Positions 37,755 to 48,354 of a DNA stretch of 64,000 bases are shown one piece after another. Each line of letters starts with the position of its first letter. Within the stretch, counting starts at the first letter, position 1. The DNA lies in the IMG/VR virus record IMGVR_UViG_3300021180_000005, positions 1-64,000 of that record; one strand, written 5' to 3'. The position numbers and the translations under genes were made by a program. The notes beneath the pieces were generated by a model. That model did no database searches. It saw only the letters and a program-made list of their open reading frames with translations, and had not been told where the DNA came from. The DNA is from a virus.

Positions 37755-38520
37755 ACAGTTCTCCTTTTAACTTCAAAGCCAAAACATTGGCTTCTTCTTT
37801 TTTTGTAAACCTTCCAAATTTTTTAGTCTTACCTTTTATCCAAAGTACAACTGTCCATTTATCTGCTTCTTTGTCCCAGTATACACCTTTGGCTGTTCCT
37901 TTATTCCACGCAGGAATTCCTTTATGGGATTCTGATAGTTTTCTACGTGTCTCTTCTTTAGTCTTTATACCAAACTTCTTTACATATGAATCATGTTTGA
38001 ACTTTCTACATATTTCACAACGGCAATTCTTTTTGCCGTAAGCATAGCTTGTGCCGTGCTTCCATCCTGCTTTCCATGGAGCAGGTTTGCCTAGTTTTGC
38101 TTTTCTCATTTTGCTCTTTGAATGAGCACTGTGCTTCATACCAAAGAATGAGTTTCCAGAACCCTTGCGAGAGTTTCCTATGGTCTTCCTGAATTTCTTA
38201 AGTTGAGAGGCAGTATATGGCACTCCTGCAGTTCCATCCCCACCGTCAGCAATATTATAGCCATTCGGTGTTTTTGTTTTCAACTTAACTATGTACTTTT
38301 TCTCAAGTCTATTCAATTCTTCTCTTGTTCTGCAAACTGTAAGCGTTCGTATAGTGAAATTTTCTTTTCCATACTTTAGTAGTGCATGTACCAAAGCGTG
38401 CGGTCCACGATTTCTCTTAGCATCAGAACCGTGACTACTCCACCTCTTTTTTAAGGTTTGTATAGTTTGTCCTACGTATTTTTTACCATTGACTTTGTTT
38501 GTTATTAAATAAACTTGCAT
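37735..38520 (-). CDS. GIY-YIG homing endonuclease (NUMOD3-like, Zn module, AP2-like end)
   Basis: VYLITNKVNGKKYVGQT, PNGYN, NSFFGMKHS, KLSESHKG..WNKG. Confidence 0.92.
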   Translation of the reverse strand: MQVYLITNKVNGKKYVGQTIQTLKKRWSSHGSDAKRNRGPHALVHALLKYGKENFTIRTLTVCRTREELNRLEKKYIVKLKTKTPNGYNIADGGDGTAGVPYTASQLKKFRKTIGNSRKGSGNSFFGMKHSAHSKSKMRKAKLGKPAPWKAGWKHGTSYAYGKKNCRCEICRKFKHDSYVKKFGIKTKEETRRKLSESHKGIPAWNKGTAKGVYWDKEADKWTVVLWIKGKTKKFGRFTKKEEANVLALKLKGELYGTRSK

Positions 38521-38599
38521 TTACTTATCTCCGAGAAAGTTGAGAAGGGAGGTGTTCTCGGCACCTCCCCGCTCTAGCCCAGAACCGCTAAGTTCTGAG
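38521..38599 (-). ncRNA. structured leader copy B
   Basis: CTCAGAACT-TAGC-GGTTCTGGG CTAGAG ..GGGAGGTG-CCGAGAA-CACCTCCC.. TTCTCGG AGA. Confidence 0.75.
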
Positions 38600-38607
38600 A
38601 TACTTCT

Positions 38608-38618
38608 ATTATACCACA
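38608..38618 (-). promoter_or_regulatory. extended -10 promoter overlapping the tail-gene stop
   Basis: TGTGGTATAAT 8 nt upstream of leader B. Confidence 0.55.
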
Positions 38619-41600
38619 CCTGTGTTGCCACCGCCAGTACTATTCAAAGTGCTCCAAGCATCGGCCTTACCTGTAAGCAACATCTTGCTTACGTTGAAAG
38701 CGCTACCGACAGCATTGGTGCTTACTTCCACAAACATTCTGTTTCCCCTGACGTTGATAGGACGGAAATAATCGTCCGCCGCTGGGGTTACTAATGGTAT
38801 ACCTATAGGTACCGTGTATGGATACCGTGGGTTTATCGTATTAGGCAACATACGAACCATGGCGTTAGTCGGATTGTTCGCTGTACCTTTAGAGGATTGC
38901 ACACCTACGATATTGGTTTGGAATACAGAATATCTTTTAGCGTGAAAACCGAAAATAGGTAATGTAGCAGCCTTTGCTGCATTTACAAATCCATACGTCG
39001 TATATAGGCTGTTTATAGCTACTCCATCATCAGAATATTTCTGATCGTCCAATTGATAAATCTTAGAAGTACCAATACCATTGCAAATAAATAATGGAGT
39101 TGATTCTTCATCTGGACGCATAATAAATTCCATATAGGGAGTTGAAATGTTCCATATAGACCATTTGCGTTTCATATCCGGGGCTGCAAGAGTTCCGAAC
39201 ATGGTTGTATGAACGCCGGGAGAACCTATCATCTCTTCAAACGTTGCCATGCCTTGGTAGTTTAGCATTAGCATTACATTTGGTGTAGTCGGTGCTGGGT
39301 TGTAAGGAGCGTTGGGTAACCATAGGGTTGACTTGGTAGATACCCCCGTTACAGGATCAGTACCTGTAGGCAAAGGAATAGCAATGAACATACGCTTATT
39401 AACAATGTCATTGCGTAGTACAATCGTATTGCCTGCATTCCAATTTATGACTTCCCACAGATTCCATAACTCCTGCATAAGCTTGGTGGGTTGGCCTCCG
39501 TTAAATCCGAACACCCCCGCCCTGCATGCTGTGACCATCCATTCTTCTCCAACATCGTAAGAACTGATTCCTATGGTCCCTACTTTATTGGATACTTCGT
39601 GAAGTCCCCACCCACCCGGCTCAGAATTTGGGTTATCCTGCGTAGAGTACATACTGTTTGTCTTCAGTAGGTACAGAAGATCACGCATTACGAATGCCCC
39701 CATACACGGCTGTGCGTTCTCACTGGTAGTATCTATGATTCCTCCTGATGAGGACGCATCGATAGACTCTGGTTTTCCAATGTACGATCCATATACCTGT
39801 GATTTTAGGTATGGAGTAGATGTGTCAAATACCTCTATGCGATCAATTTCACAATCGCTACCAGACCCTAAATCTACTACCTGCACTGACAGTGTAAGAG
39901 TAGATGGCACCCCTCCGCTACTGGCAAAAGGAACTGTCAGTAGTTTACCAGTGAATACCTGAATGTTGGTGCTCATACTGGAAAGGGGAACAGTAAACGA
40001 TCCCCAAACTGGAAAGAACTGGCTATCGGGTGTACTGTTATTCTGGTTGTAATTGCTTAGTGTAATAGTAAGCGTCCCTACGGTCCCTCCTGAGGGCGCT
40101 CGCGCAGCCACTCGTACAGAGTACTGCGTGTTTATATCTATGATTGGTACTTTGTTAGTGTCTTTGTAAGCTGTTTGGAATATCAACCCAGCATTGTGAA
40201 TGGTAGACCCTGTAGTGTTGTTTATATACAGAGACTGACCCGTCACTGCGCTTGTTATTAGCGTAGCATCTGTGATGCCCTGTGCAGCTTGCCATCCAAG
40301 AGGTATTACATTACCACCTGTAGCGCTGGGTAAAAATCCCCCATCAAACGTCAGACCTCCACCAGATGTCCAATTATTTATCTTGTTCAACTGCAAACCG
40401 TAGAACATACGCCCTGCGTATGCCACGTCCCATGCTGAGCTTCCTAGCTCAATTAAATTGAACAGGTTATCTCCCTGTACATCTATTTCTCTTGAGTTGA
40501 GGAGCACGGCATCCGAGAACGTAAGCGTAGCAGTTGTACTTAGATTGTCATTGATCACTGTGGACTTGTACGTAACAGGAGAACCATTCTGTACTTGCAC
40601 CACTACGTCTTGTTCGATTACGTAGAAATTGGCTCCCGGTACTCCATTTTGTCCTGCCTCTGTTAGGGCAATTCCTCTTGCTACTACATTTGGTGGTCCG
40701 ATGGGTAAATTAGTTACCTGTATAGACGTTGCGTTCTCTGGTACCGTAAACACAACTGGGTATGAAGGCGTTGTTTCATAACCAGTCTTGGTTATGAAAA
40801 ATACTACACCTTGCCTAGTTCCTGCCCCAATTGCTGGTGCGTTAGGGTTAGAGGTAAAGAATAACCCAGTGGTTGCTGAAGACGGTCCCGCATTTCCATA
40901 TATTGGGTTTGTACCAGTGCCCAAAGTCAGAGTACCGGGGTCTATAGTAAAGTTTTTACCAAACGTTACACCTTGCCCGTTTTCTGACGCTAAAGGTATA
41001 GGTAGTCCAGAAGTGAACCCTGTAATGTCAAATGAACCCGCCCCTAATGAACCGGGTACGATGATGTTGGCGATTAGATTAAATGGGGATAGAGTGTAGC
41101 CTGCTCCGCTATTCGTGCAACCTGTGACCGATATTGTTTGTCCATTTACAGGGGCTACTCCACCTGAAGGTACAGAGTACGTGTAGGTGGCTACTCCTGA
41201 GTTAGACATTTGCGTGCTAGTGATTGTAACTGTAGCACTAGATAAAGCTTCTACAATGGTCCATGTACTGTTCCAGTTTGTAGGAGTCTCCCCAGTTATC
41301 CGCACAGATGTTCCTGCGGCTAACCCCGGTACAGAGTTTGTCATAGTAACTGTAGCTATGGTTTGCTGGTATGTACCCGAAGTTCCGTTTGGATAGGAAA
41401 GTCCAGTAACTCCCACGTTAACTACGAAGTAAAATCTTGCTGCCCCTGCAGTTCCAGACGGCTTTGCACTTCCTACAGAGGTGACTAAATACGTCTGATT
41501 AGAGAACTGTGGAAAATTTGCTATAGTTCCTAGATAAACGTATGTAGCTAACTGATGTGCGTTGAAATACGTAGTCAACGCAGTGTCTTCTGTCTGGGAA

Positions 41601-43682
41601 TAGTAAATTACAAAGTTTGAACCAGATGTATGTGTAGGTCCGGGTCCTGCACCCCAGAATGCTCCTGCTCCATCTCCTGAACCAGTAAAAGTATGCTGAG
41701 CTGGTTGGGTTATGGAGGATATAGGATAATTAAACTGCAACGTGCCCGTAGCCGCTGGGGATATAGCTGTTGTGCCTATATTCGCCTCAGGACTTGGTAG
41801 GTCCATTTCAAAAGTTGTAGGTGTAAGACCTGTACTAAGGACAGTACCTGAAAAATTTAAGAATGTAGGTGTTGCACCTGTTATGCTGTATACCTGATCT
41901 TGAGCTACTACTGGTCCTACGTTGTACGTGAACGTGACCACATTGTTGGTTATAGAGTAAGAAGTAATGGTAAGAGTGTTACTACTGCCTGACCCTGATG
42001 CTGCTGTAAAAGCGGGAGGTGCTCCGGGTCCTATTTGCGATAAAGGGCCAAACGTTACCCCGTCGTACACGCGTGGTCTCTCGGTGCCGATAGAAAGATC
42101 AGAGAACACGATGTGCTCTTTGTTATTCATCGTTACGCTTTTTGCAAAGGAACCCGGAAGAATACCAGTCAAAGCGATATACAAAACTCCGGGGTTGCTG
42201 GTAACGTTTTCCTCCCACAGTATTCCACTGGCGTCTAATGCCAAGGTGTAAGTCTGACCGTTGTTTTGAATGTACGATTTTACGTAGTTGAAATTTACCT
42301 TTGCTGGTGAAAGATACGCCAACACATCTAGGTCATTAACAAACACTGTACCTAGACCACTTGCAGTTACCTGTACTCCGAACTGTGCGTTGTTAACGTC
42401 AGAGAATAACCACGTAGAATTCCACAAATCTATTGCACTGCCTAGGCTATAGATGGTAGGTACTGTGGTTAACGCCTGTGTCTTTGGTGATCCTACAGGT
42501 AACCCGTTCTTCATCAACTGAAGGATTATTGAAGACGACCCGGTAGTGTATGCTTGAAAAGTAGAAGTAAACCCTGTTATACCTGAGGTTGCTGGAATAG
42601 AAAAGTTATAAAAAGTTGTCTGCAGGGCCTGTGTGCCTGAGGCTAAGGTGTAATACACCGTAACCTTGATGTTGTTTGCTGAAATTGTTGCTGACCCACT
42701 GGAAACTGTTCCTGCAATTACAAACCCAAGATGTGAGTTGTTAATGTTCCCTGCAGGGGTTAACGTAGTGCCCCATTGGTACGAAGATGACCCTGCCGTG
42801 TATGTAGCTTTTGTGGTTCCTACTGGAATGTTGACTGTGCTGATGGGATTAAAAGACACCGCATCATTTATCAAACTAATCTGCAGTGATCCCACTCCAA
42901 ACACTGAACAAAACGAATCCACTGTCACCTTTATACCGTTAACAGTGGCGTCTGCTGGTATAGATGCTGTGGCAAAGTGATCTATAACCAGATGACCTGA
43001 GCTTTGCGCAGTTAGGTTAACCGTAGTGTACGATGTGCCAGTGGCTACAATATTAGTAGGAGTATTCCATTGCTGTGGTCCGGGGGCATCTCCTTCGTTA
43101 GCGGTTCTGCTAGGAGTTGGCGATACGCTGTTAGGTGATCCAGATATTGCTGAGGCAAATCCCGTAATTCCAAGAATGTTGTTTGGACTTTGCCATGCAT
43201 TGCCTGTACCAGTAACCGTAGCTACAGTAGGGGCATTTGGTCCAGAAAATTCTCCTGTAGTAGACGCGGCAATTCCGACAAGAGGTGCGTACGTACCCGG
43301 AGCTAATGTTACGCCTGCAACGGTAAATGTCTTGCCTATGGCGTTTACTGATACTACCGTCACCGTTTGTCCGTTTAGAATTGATGTCTGTCCTGTGAAC
43401 CCACTGAGGACAAATTGTTCATTAACCGTTGGGTCAGTACCGATGTAGCTGAAAGTTGCCAACCCTGCACTGCCTACTACAATCTGAGTTATAGTTAAGG
43501 TCTTGGTGAAGACATACACCGAGGACAAACCTGCGCGGGTAAAACAACTTCCGGTTATGTAATCCACGTCCCAATTTCGTGGGCTTGCTCCCTCTGGTAA
43601 GTCTGATGGATTGGCTGCCGTAATAAGCCCTGCGAACGTGTCAAGAGACGCTGTTCCGAGCTGGTCAAAGATTGTGGCCCAC
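38609..43682 (-). CDS. large tail protein (tail tubular B / P22 gp10-like with long insertions); start GTG 43682 needs a +1 shift at 43664-43670
   Basis: frame stays open above GTG 43567 with FAGLITAANPSDLPEGASPRNWDVDY; only SD-supported start is out of frame. Confidence 0.75.
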
Positions 43683-43744
43683 TGGGTTTTCCTCCGTTAT
43701 AAATATAGGCCGATTTTCACGGCCATTCCTGTTAAACAGGTGAA

Positions 43745-43993
43745 TTATGCCTGATTGGTATTTCCAACCTTCCAGCACTGTACTGGGCTTACAACTAGTG
43801 TGACGTTCTTCTGTTCTCCAACATTACCGGGTGTTTCCACGGTCAATGATACAAGATCAGCAGGGCCACCATTTCCGCCTGCGCTTATTGGTGTAATGCT
43901 AGACACAAGGCATCGGACCATTACGTAGTCTCCTACGACAAACGGCGATCCTTTGATGTCTCTTTCTTCAAGTGTTCCTTTAGTTGACGACAT
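43745..43993 (-). CDS. small hypothetical protein
   Basis: VVGDYVMVRCLVSSI resembles the 17524..17895 repeat. Confidence 0.6.
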   Translation of the reverse strand: MSSTKGTLEERDIKGSPFVVGDYVMVRCLVSSITPISAGGNGGPADLVSLTVETPGNVGEQKNVTLVVSPVQCWKVGNTNQA

Positions 43994-43996
43994 GTA

Positions 43997-45061
43997 TTAT
44001 CCTCGCACCGATGTTCTATCTACCCAAACTTCAAACAACAATACATCAGCCAACACTGCTAAAGGTATGGTTTGATTAGCAATGAGTTCTACAGACACTC
44101 CTGTAGCATTGCTAAAAATTTGAAGTGTATCAGTAACTGGGCTGTAATGATAAGTATATGCTGAGCTAGCTCCGATAAGAATGTTGGTAGGTTCTTCTCC
44201 CCACACATCGCATTTAAGGAAGCCGTTTACATCCACAGTTCTAGCATCCAAGAATGGAAATAACCCCATTGGAATTCCTCCAGTGGTGTAACCTCCGGGG
44301 GTGATAGTTACTAAACCCCATGCTCTTATCACTTTTCCAGTTATGTCTGGGAAGCAAAGCTCTGTTAGGCCTGCCAAACCAATAGTAGAAGACACAGAAG
44401 ATGTACCAATAGGAGGTACAATAGCTCCCGCAGAAGGAGCAACAATAGCGTTGCTTAAAAGTGTAACTGCGCCATTACGTGCAAGGGCTCTGCCATTGAG
44501 AGCTGCTCCCGTTCCAAGAGATATAGAAGATAAAGCTACTATGTCTCCCACAACAACAGCGCTGGTTCCTATGGTTGCAGAACTGGTCACTTGCCATAGA
44601 ACGTTTTTAGCTTGCGCTCCGTTAGTTAGTAAAACAGTTGATCCTACTCCAAAAGTCAAAGAGGATGCTGCTTGGAAGATGAACTGAGCGTTTGGATTTC
44701 CTTGTCCATTCAGGGTGACCGTTTGTCCTACATTAAGCAAAATTGCTCCACCGCTGTAAAGTCCAGCTGTGAAGGTTTGCCCGTCTAGTGCCCCTACAAT
44801 AGGAGTAGCAGGAGTCAAACCAGCAAAGTACAGATACGCAGTAGTAAGGTCTGTTTGTGCCTGTGCGGCCACCGCGTCAGTGATGTGTTGCGTTGCCGGG
44901 GGAACTACTATTCCGGGAGGAAATCCAGTTACAGAAGTTCCGGGGGACAAGCCTAGGTTAGCCCCGCTGATTACAGTAGCACCAGAGTTTGTAACTGTGC
45001 TACCTGCAAGTACGGCGAAGTTATCTGCTGATCCCAATAATTGATCAATTGTTAAAGCCAT
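43997..45061 (-). CDS. DUF3494 ice-binding domain fused to a paralogue of 45087..45464
   Basis: LGSADNFAVLAGSTVTN, AQAQTDLTTAY, FIFQAASSL, NGAQAKNVLWQVTSSATIG, GRALARNGAVTL. Confidence 0.9.
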   Translation of the reverse strand: MALTIDQLLGSADNFAVLAGSTVTNSGATVISGANLGLSPGTSVTGFPPGIVVPPATQHITDAVAAQAQTDLTTAYLYFAGLTPATPIVGALDGQTFTAGLYSGGAILLNVGQTVTLNGQGNPNAQFIFQAASSLTFGVGSTVLLTNGAQAKNVLWQVTSSATIGTSAVVVGDIVALSSISLGTGAALNGRALARNGAVTLLSNAIVAPSAGAIVPPIGTSSVSSTIGLAGLTELCFPDITGKVIRAWGLVTITPGGYTTGGIPMGLFPFLDARTVDVNGFLKCDVWGEEPTNILIGASSAYTYHYSPVTDTLQIFSNATGVSVELIANQTIPLAVLADVLLFEVWVDRTSVRG

Positions 45062-45086
45062 ATTTTTTCTCTTTTCTATTTTGGGA

Positions 45087-45464
45087 TTAGCCTAACACTG
45101 TGGTGCGGTTCCAAGTAGCAAAAAACAAATTTGTATCATTCAAAACTTGTGGTGGAATTGCTGCACCATTTGCCAACTCTACTCCGTTTAAAAGAATCTG
45201 TAGCACATCACCCACTGGACTGTAGTGGAATGTGTACCCACCAACTGATGCTGTTACAACATCTTCTCCGTATACTTCGCAGCGAAGAAACCCATTGAAG
45301 TCTACAGTGCGTGCGTCAGCAAACTGCAGAAGTCCCATAACAAGACCTCCAGTAACATAAGTACCTGCTGAGAAGTTAACTTGTCCCCACGCTTGGATGG
45401 TTTTTCCGGTAATGTCTGGAAATGTTAACTCTGAAAGGGTGATTGTTGAAATTAATGAACTCAT
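45087..45464 (-). CDS. putative structural protein
   Basis: closely similar to C-terminal third of 43997..45061. Confidence 0.7.
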   Translation of the reverse strand: MSSLISTITLSELTFPDITGKTIQAWGQVNFSAGTYVTGGLVMGLLQFADARTVDFNGFLRCEVYGEDVVTASVGGYTFHYSPVGDVLQILLNGVELANGAAIPPQVLNDTNLFFATWNRTTVLG

Positions 45465-45522
45465 TTTAGTTATCTTTCCCCGCCTTACCGATTTTTGTCG
45501 GGTTTATCGGATACGTCGTCGT

Positions 45523-45747
45523 TTAAAATTGCCTATGTTTTGGCAAAACTTGATTTGTTAAGGGTTTCCTAATTTGCAAAGCATTGAATTTTCTTCTAAC
45601 TATAAATTCATACACTTGTGGCTCTTTAGGTTTCTCTTGTTTAGCTCTTAATCTGCTCATTTCTGATCTGTGCTCTATTTCGGAGAGGTGGGCTTCTTCT
45701 TTAGCTGCAGCATTTGCTGCTTTCATTTGTTCTTCAGCGTCGCTCAC
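45523..45747 (-). CDS. hypothetical protein
   Basis: ORF coupled to upstream glycosyltransferase. Confidence 0.5.
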   Translation of the reverse strand: MSDAEEQMKAANAAAKEEAHLSEIEHRSEMSRLRAKQEKPKEPQVYEFIVRRKFNALQIRKPLTNQVLPKHRQF

Positions 45748-46436
45748 TGGGTCTTTTCCTTAAATACTCTCTTCATCTCTGCAATGTTTTGTTCATCTGG
45801 AAGATTTCTGTATCCACACCACGGTATGTACATTACCCACGCAAAAGGACTATCCACGGGGTTTATCCATGGCTTGTCACGTTTAGGTGCTCGCAGACTT
45901 CTGACTTTAGGTGCAAAATCTTCCTGCTTACCTGTGTGGATTATGTATCTAGAATCATGGTGTAGAGCTATGCCTTCTTTGGACAAAATGCTGGTTACCC
46001 ATACTTCATCGTTGTTGTCTCTAGGTAGCTCGGCCTTAGCTACAATACTCATAGAACGTTTTGAAAGCCAGTAGCAAAACCCGTACGGTACGGGGTATGT
46101 CCTAATGTCATTTCTGTGACCTACAAAGTCATAACTTTGAAAGTTAGAGGACAACAACTTATGAGGAATAGTTACCACATCGTCATCTATCTTAAGGATA
46201 TAATCGTATTCCTTCCCCAACGCCCACCTTGTAATACCGCGTACTTTACTTGGTAATCCTGCGTAGGAATCGTCACAATTTACGAATACCTCATCGGAGT
46301 TTGGTTCACGCTCTGCTGGTCCAAGGAAAAACCTAACGTCTGCTCCTTGCACAAGAGGCAACCATGTATCACGTATACACTGCTGATACAATAAACGCGT
46401 ATGACAGTTAACAACGGCAAGTAACACTTTCATCAC
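45744..46436 (-). CDS. glycosyltransferase (GT31/galactosyltransferase-like)
   Basis: IRDTW, DDSYAGLPSK, YDYILKIDDD, YWLS. Confidence 0.8.
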   Translation of the reverse strand: MMKVLLAVVNCHTRLLYQQCIRDTWLPLVQGADVRFFLGPAEREPNSDEVFVNCDDSYAGLPSKVRGITRWALGKEYDYILKIDDDVVTIPHKLLSSNFQSYDFVGHRNDIRTYPVPYGFCYWLSKRSMSIVAKAELPRDNNDEVWVTSILSKEGIALHHDSRYIIHTGKQEDFAPKVRSLRAPKRDKPWINPVDSPFAWVMYIPWCGYRNLPDEQNIAEMKRVFKEKTQ

Positions 46437-47203
46437 GCTCTCCTGAGTCTTTGTGGTGCTCTTATCCCTCTTGCTACAGGTTGTGAAGCTATTTGTACTG
46501 TTACAGAATCCAAAGCCACATTAGAGGCAATTTGTGCCACTGTTTTTGTTCCCCATTTATTCTGAAACTTCTCTGCACCTGTACGGCAATCCACTCCCGG
46601 TCCTGTGCGTGCAAAGGTGCTTCCTGCATGTCTGTGCTCTACAGATACCTTAGAAGTAATAGCTAAGGTATAGCCTGCTAGTTGTACCCTGTGGCTATAA
46701 TCGTCATCGTCATAGCCATAACTTCCACCAAACACTGGGTCCATCCATCCCACCGCGTCTATGGTTTCCCTTTTTATGTACGTGCAGATAAGGGCTAGTC
46801 TTTGATGAGAATAGGTTATACCCTCTACCATTGGGTACATTTGCAAATTATTACCCGCTGATCCAAGTATACGAGGGGAAAGCATTCCAATCTTAGGGTC
46901 TGAGTATGCCACTTCTTGTAGCAGCTCCCACGTGTTGCTCTGTAGGAAACGTACGTCATCTCCGCAGTATAAAATATCACTGTCCGGTGCAGCTGCTTGC
47001 CACGCCTTATTTGCATTTCCGGGATTACTAAAAATTGGAGGACCTTGTAAACATGTCCACTTGTCCCCAGTTGGCATGGTAATCTCATTGCCATCTCGTA
47101 CGAATACTTTTGGAATATCTGGCAAGAACTTATCAGCGCTCTCCACAAATACGTTAAAGATATCTGGGAATTTTCCAAGTACTGCAATTGTTACTGGGCG
47201 CAT
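46433..47203 (-). CDS. GT2-family glycosyltransferase
   Basis: GDDV, VGWMDPVFG..YGYDDDDYS.R. Confidence 0.8.
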   Translation of the reverse strand: MRPVTIAVLGKFPDIFNVFVESADKFLPDIPKVFVRDGNEITMPTGDKWTCLQGPPIFSNPGNANKAWQAAAPDSDILYCGDDVRFLQSNTWELLQEVAYSDPKIGMLSPRILGSAGNNLQMYPMVEGITYSHQRLALICTYIKRETIDAVGWMDPVFGGSYGYDDDDYSHRVQLAGYTLAITSKVSVEHRHAGSTFARTGPGVDCRTGAEKFQNKWGTKTVAQIASNVALDSVTVQIASQPVARGIRAPQRLRRA

Positions 47204-48354
47204 AGTCCCTCCGCAACAACCTGAGCGATGAAGTGCATATCTGCTGGAGTAAGTCCTTGGTGAATTCCAATAAAAGCTCCTTGTTTCTCCAAACGACTAG
47301 CCACTGGGTACTGCTCTGCCATACCGGGGAACAGTTTTCTATAAACAGGCTGACTTAACAGAGGAAACATAAAGCGAGTCTCAATTCCCCTTTGCTCCAT
47401 ATATAGAAGCAAAGCATCTCTGTCCACTCCATCTTTACATACGAACGGCCACATCATAAAGCTGTGTTCATACCCATCAGGTATACTAGGTAGTTGTAGT
47501 TTATCCTCAAAGGGCTTCAATAAGACAGTTAAACGCGTGGCGTTTTCTCTACGCCGGGCTATGTTAGGTTCCCAACGTTCCAATTCAGACAGAGCAATTG
47601 CGGCTTCTATCTCCGTACAGCGATATGAGTATCCTACTCGGTCAAACTTATACCTACGCTCTATCATGTCCTTTGTAATGCTGTCATCGTCGTCTATGCT
47701 GGTGTAGATGCTGTCTCTTCCGTGTGCCATAAGGCTTCTGCACATTTCATCGTACTTTGAAGAATTGGTTGTTACCAGCCCTCCTACTCCACCTACAATA
47801 AGGTGAGCTACATAGGTAGAAAAGCAGGCCATGTCACCAAAGCTTCCTACGGATTTGCCGTTTATAGAAGAGAACATAGTCTCACATGAGTCTTCTATTA
47901 CGTCTAATCCATAGTAATTTGCAATGGACATAATCCTAGGCATGTTAGCTGGTAGGCCAAACAAATGCACAGGTATAATAGCTACGGTTTTACTAGTCAC
48001 TTTCTCCGCAATCTTATCTGGGTCCATGTTGAACGTAAGAGGATCAACGTCCACAAAAACCGGAGTAAGATTATTCTGCAGCACCACATTAGACGTAGCA
48101 ATAAAAGTGATCGCCGGAACAAGTACTTCGTCTCCGTCTTCATAACAATGGCGTTCCTTTAGTGCCGCCAATGCAATCTGCAGGGCAGAAGTACCGCTAT
48201 TGCAGAATACTCCGTGTTTACAGCCGTGCATCTTAGCAAAGTCATGTTCAAATTTAATTGTGTATTTACCTTTAGAAAGTCTATTTGAATCTAGACAGTC
48301 GTTAACATACTTTTTGCCTTGGTCGCTTATTAACAGGTAACCTAGTGTTATCAT
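47191..48354 (-). CDS. DegT/DnrJ-fold PLP enzyme, ColD/E1 dehydratase-like (His at the Lys position)
   Basis: NSGTSAL, PVHLFG, IEDSCE, FSTYVAHLIVGGVGG. Confidence 0.88.
   Translation of the reverse strand: MITLGYLLISDQGKKYVNDCLDSNRLSKGKYTIKFEHDFAKMHGCKHGVFCNSGTSALQIALAALKERHCYEDGDEVLVPAITFIATSNVVLQNNLTPVFVDVDPLTFNMDPDKIAEKVTSKTVAIIPVHLFGLPANMPRIMSIANYYGLDVIEDSCETMFSSINGKSVGSFGDMACFSTYVAHLIVGGVGGLVTTNSSKYDEMCRSLMAHGRDSIYTSIDDDDSITKDMIERRYKFDRVGYSYRCTEIEAAIALSELERWEPNIARRRENATRLTVLLKPFEDKLQLPSIPDGYEHSFMMWPFVCKDGVDRDALLLYMEQRGIETRFMFPLLSQPVYRKLFPGMAEQYPVASRLEKQGAFIGIHQGLTPADMHFIAQVVAEGLCAQ

Noticed and set aside
43664-43670. UGA readthrough by the phage tRNA-Trp
   Set aside because: Readthrough stays in the wrong frame and meets another TGA eight codons later.
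47191-48354. Perosamine synthase call
   Set aside because: The catalytic Lys position holds His, which fits a dehydratase better.
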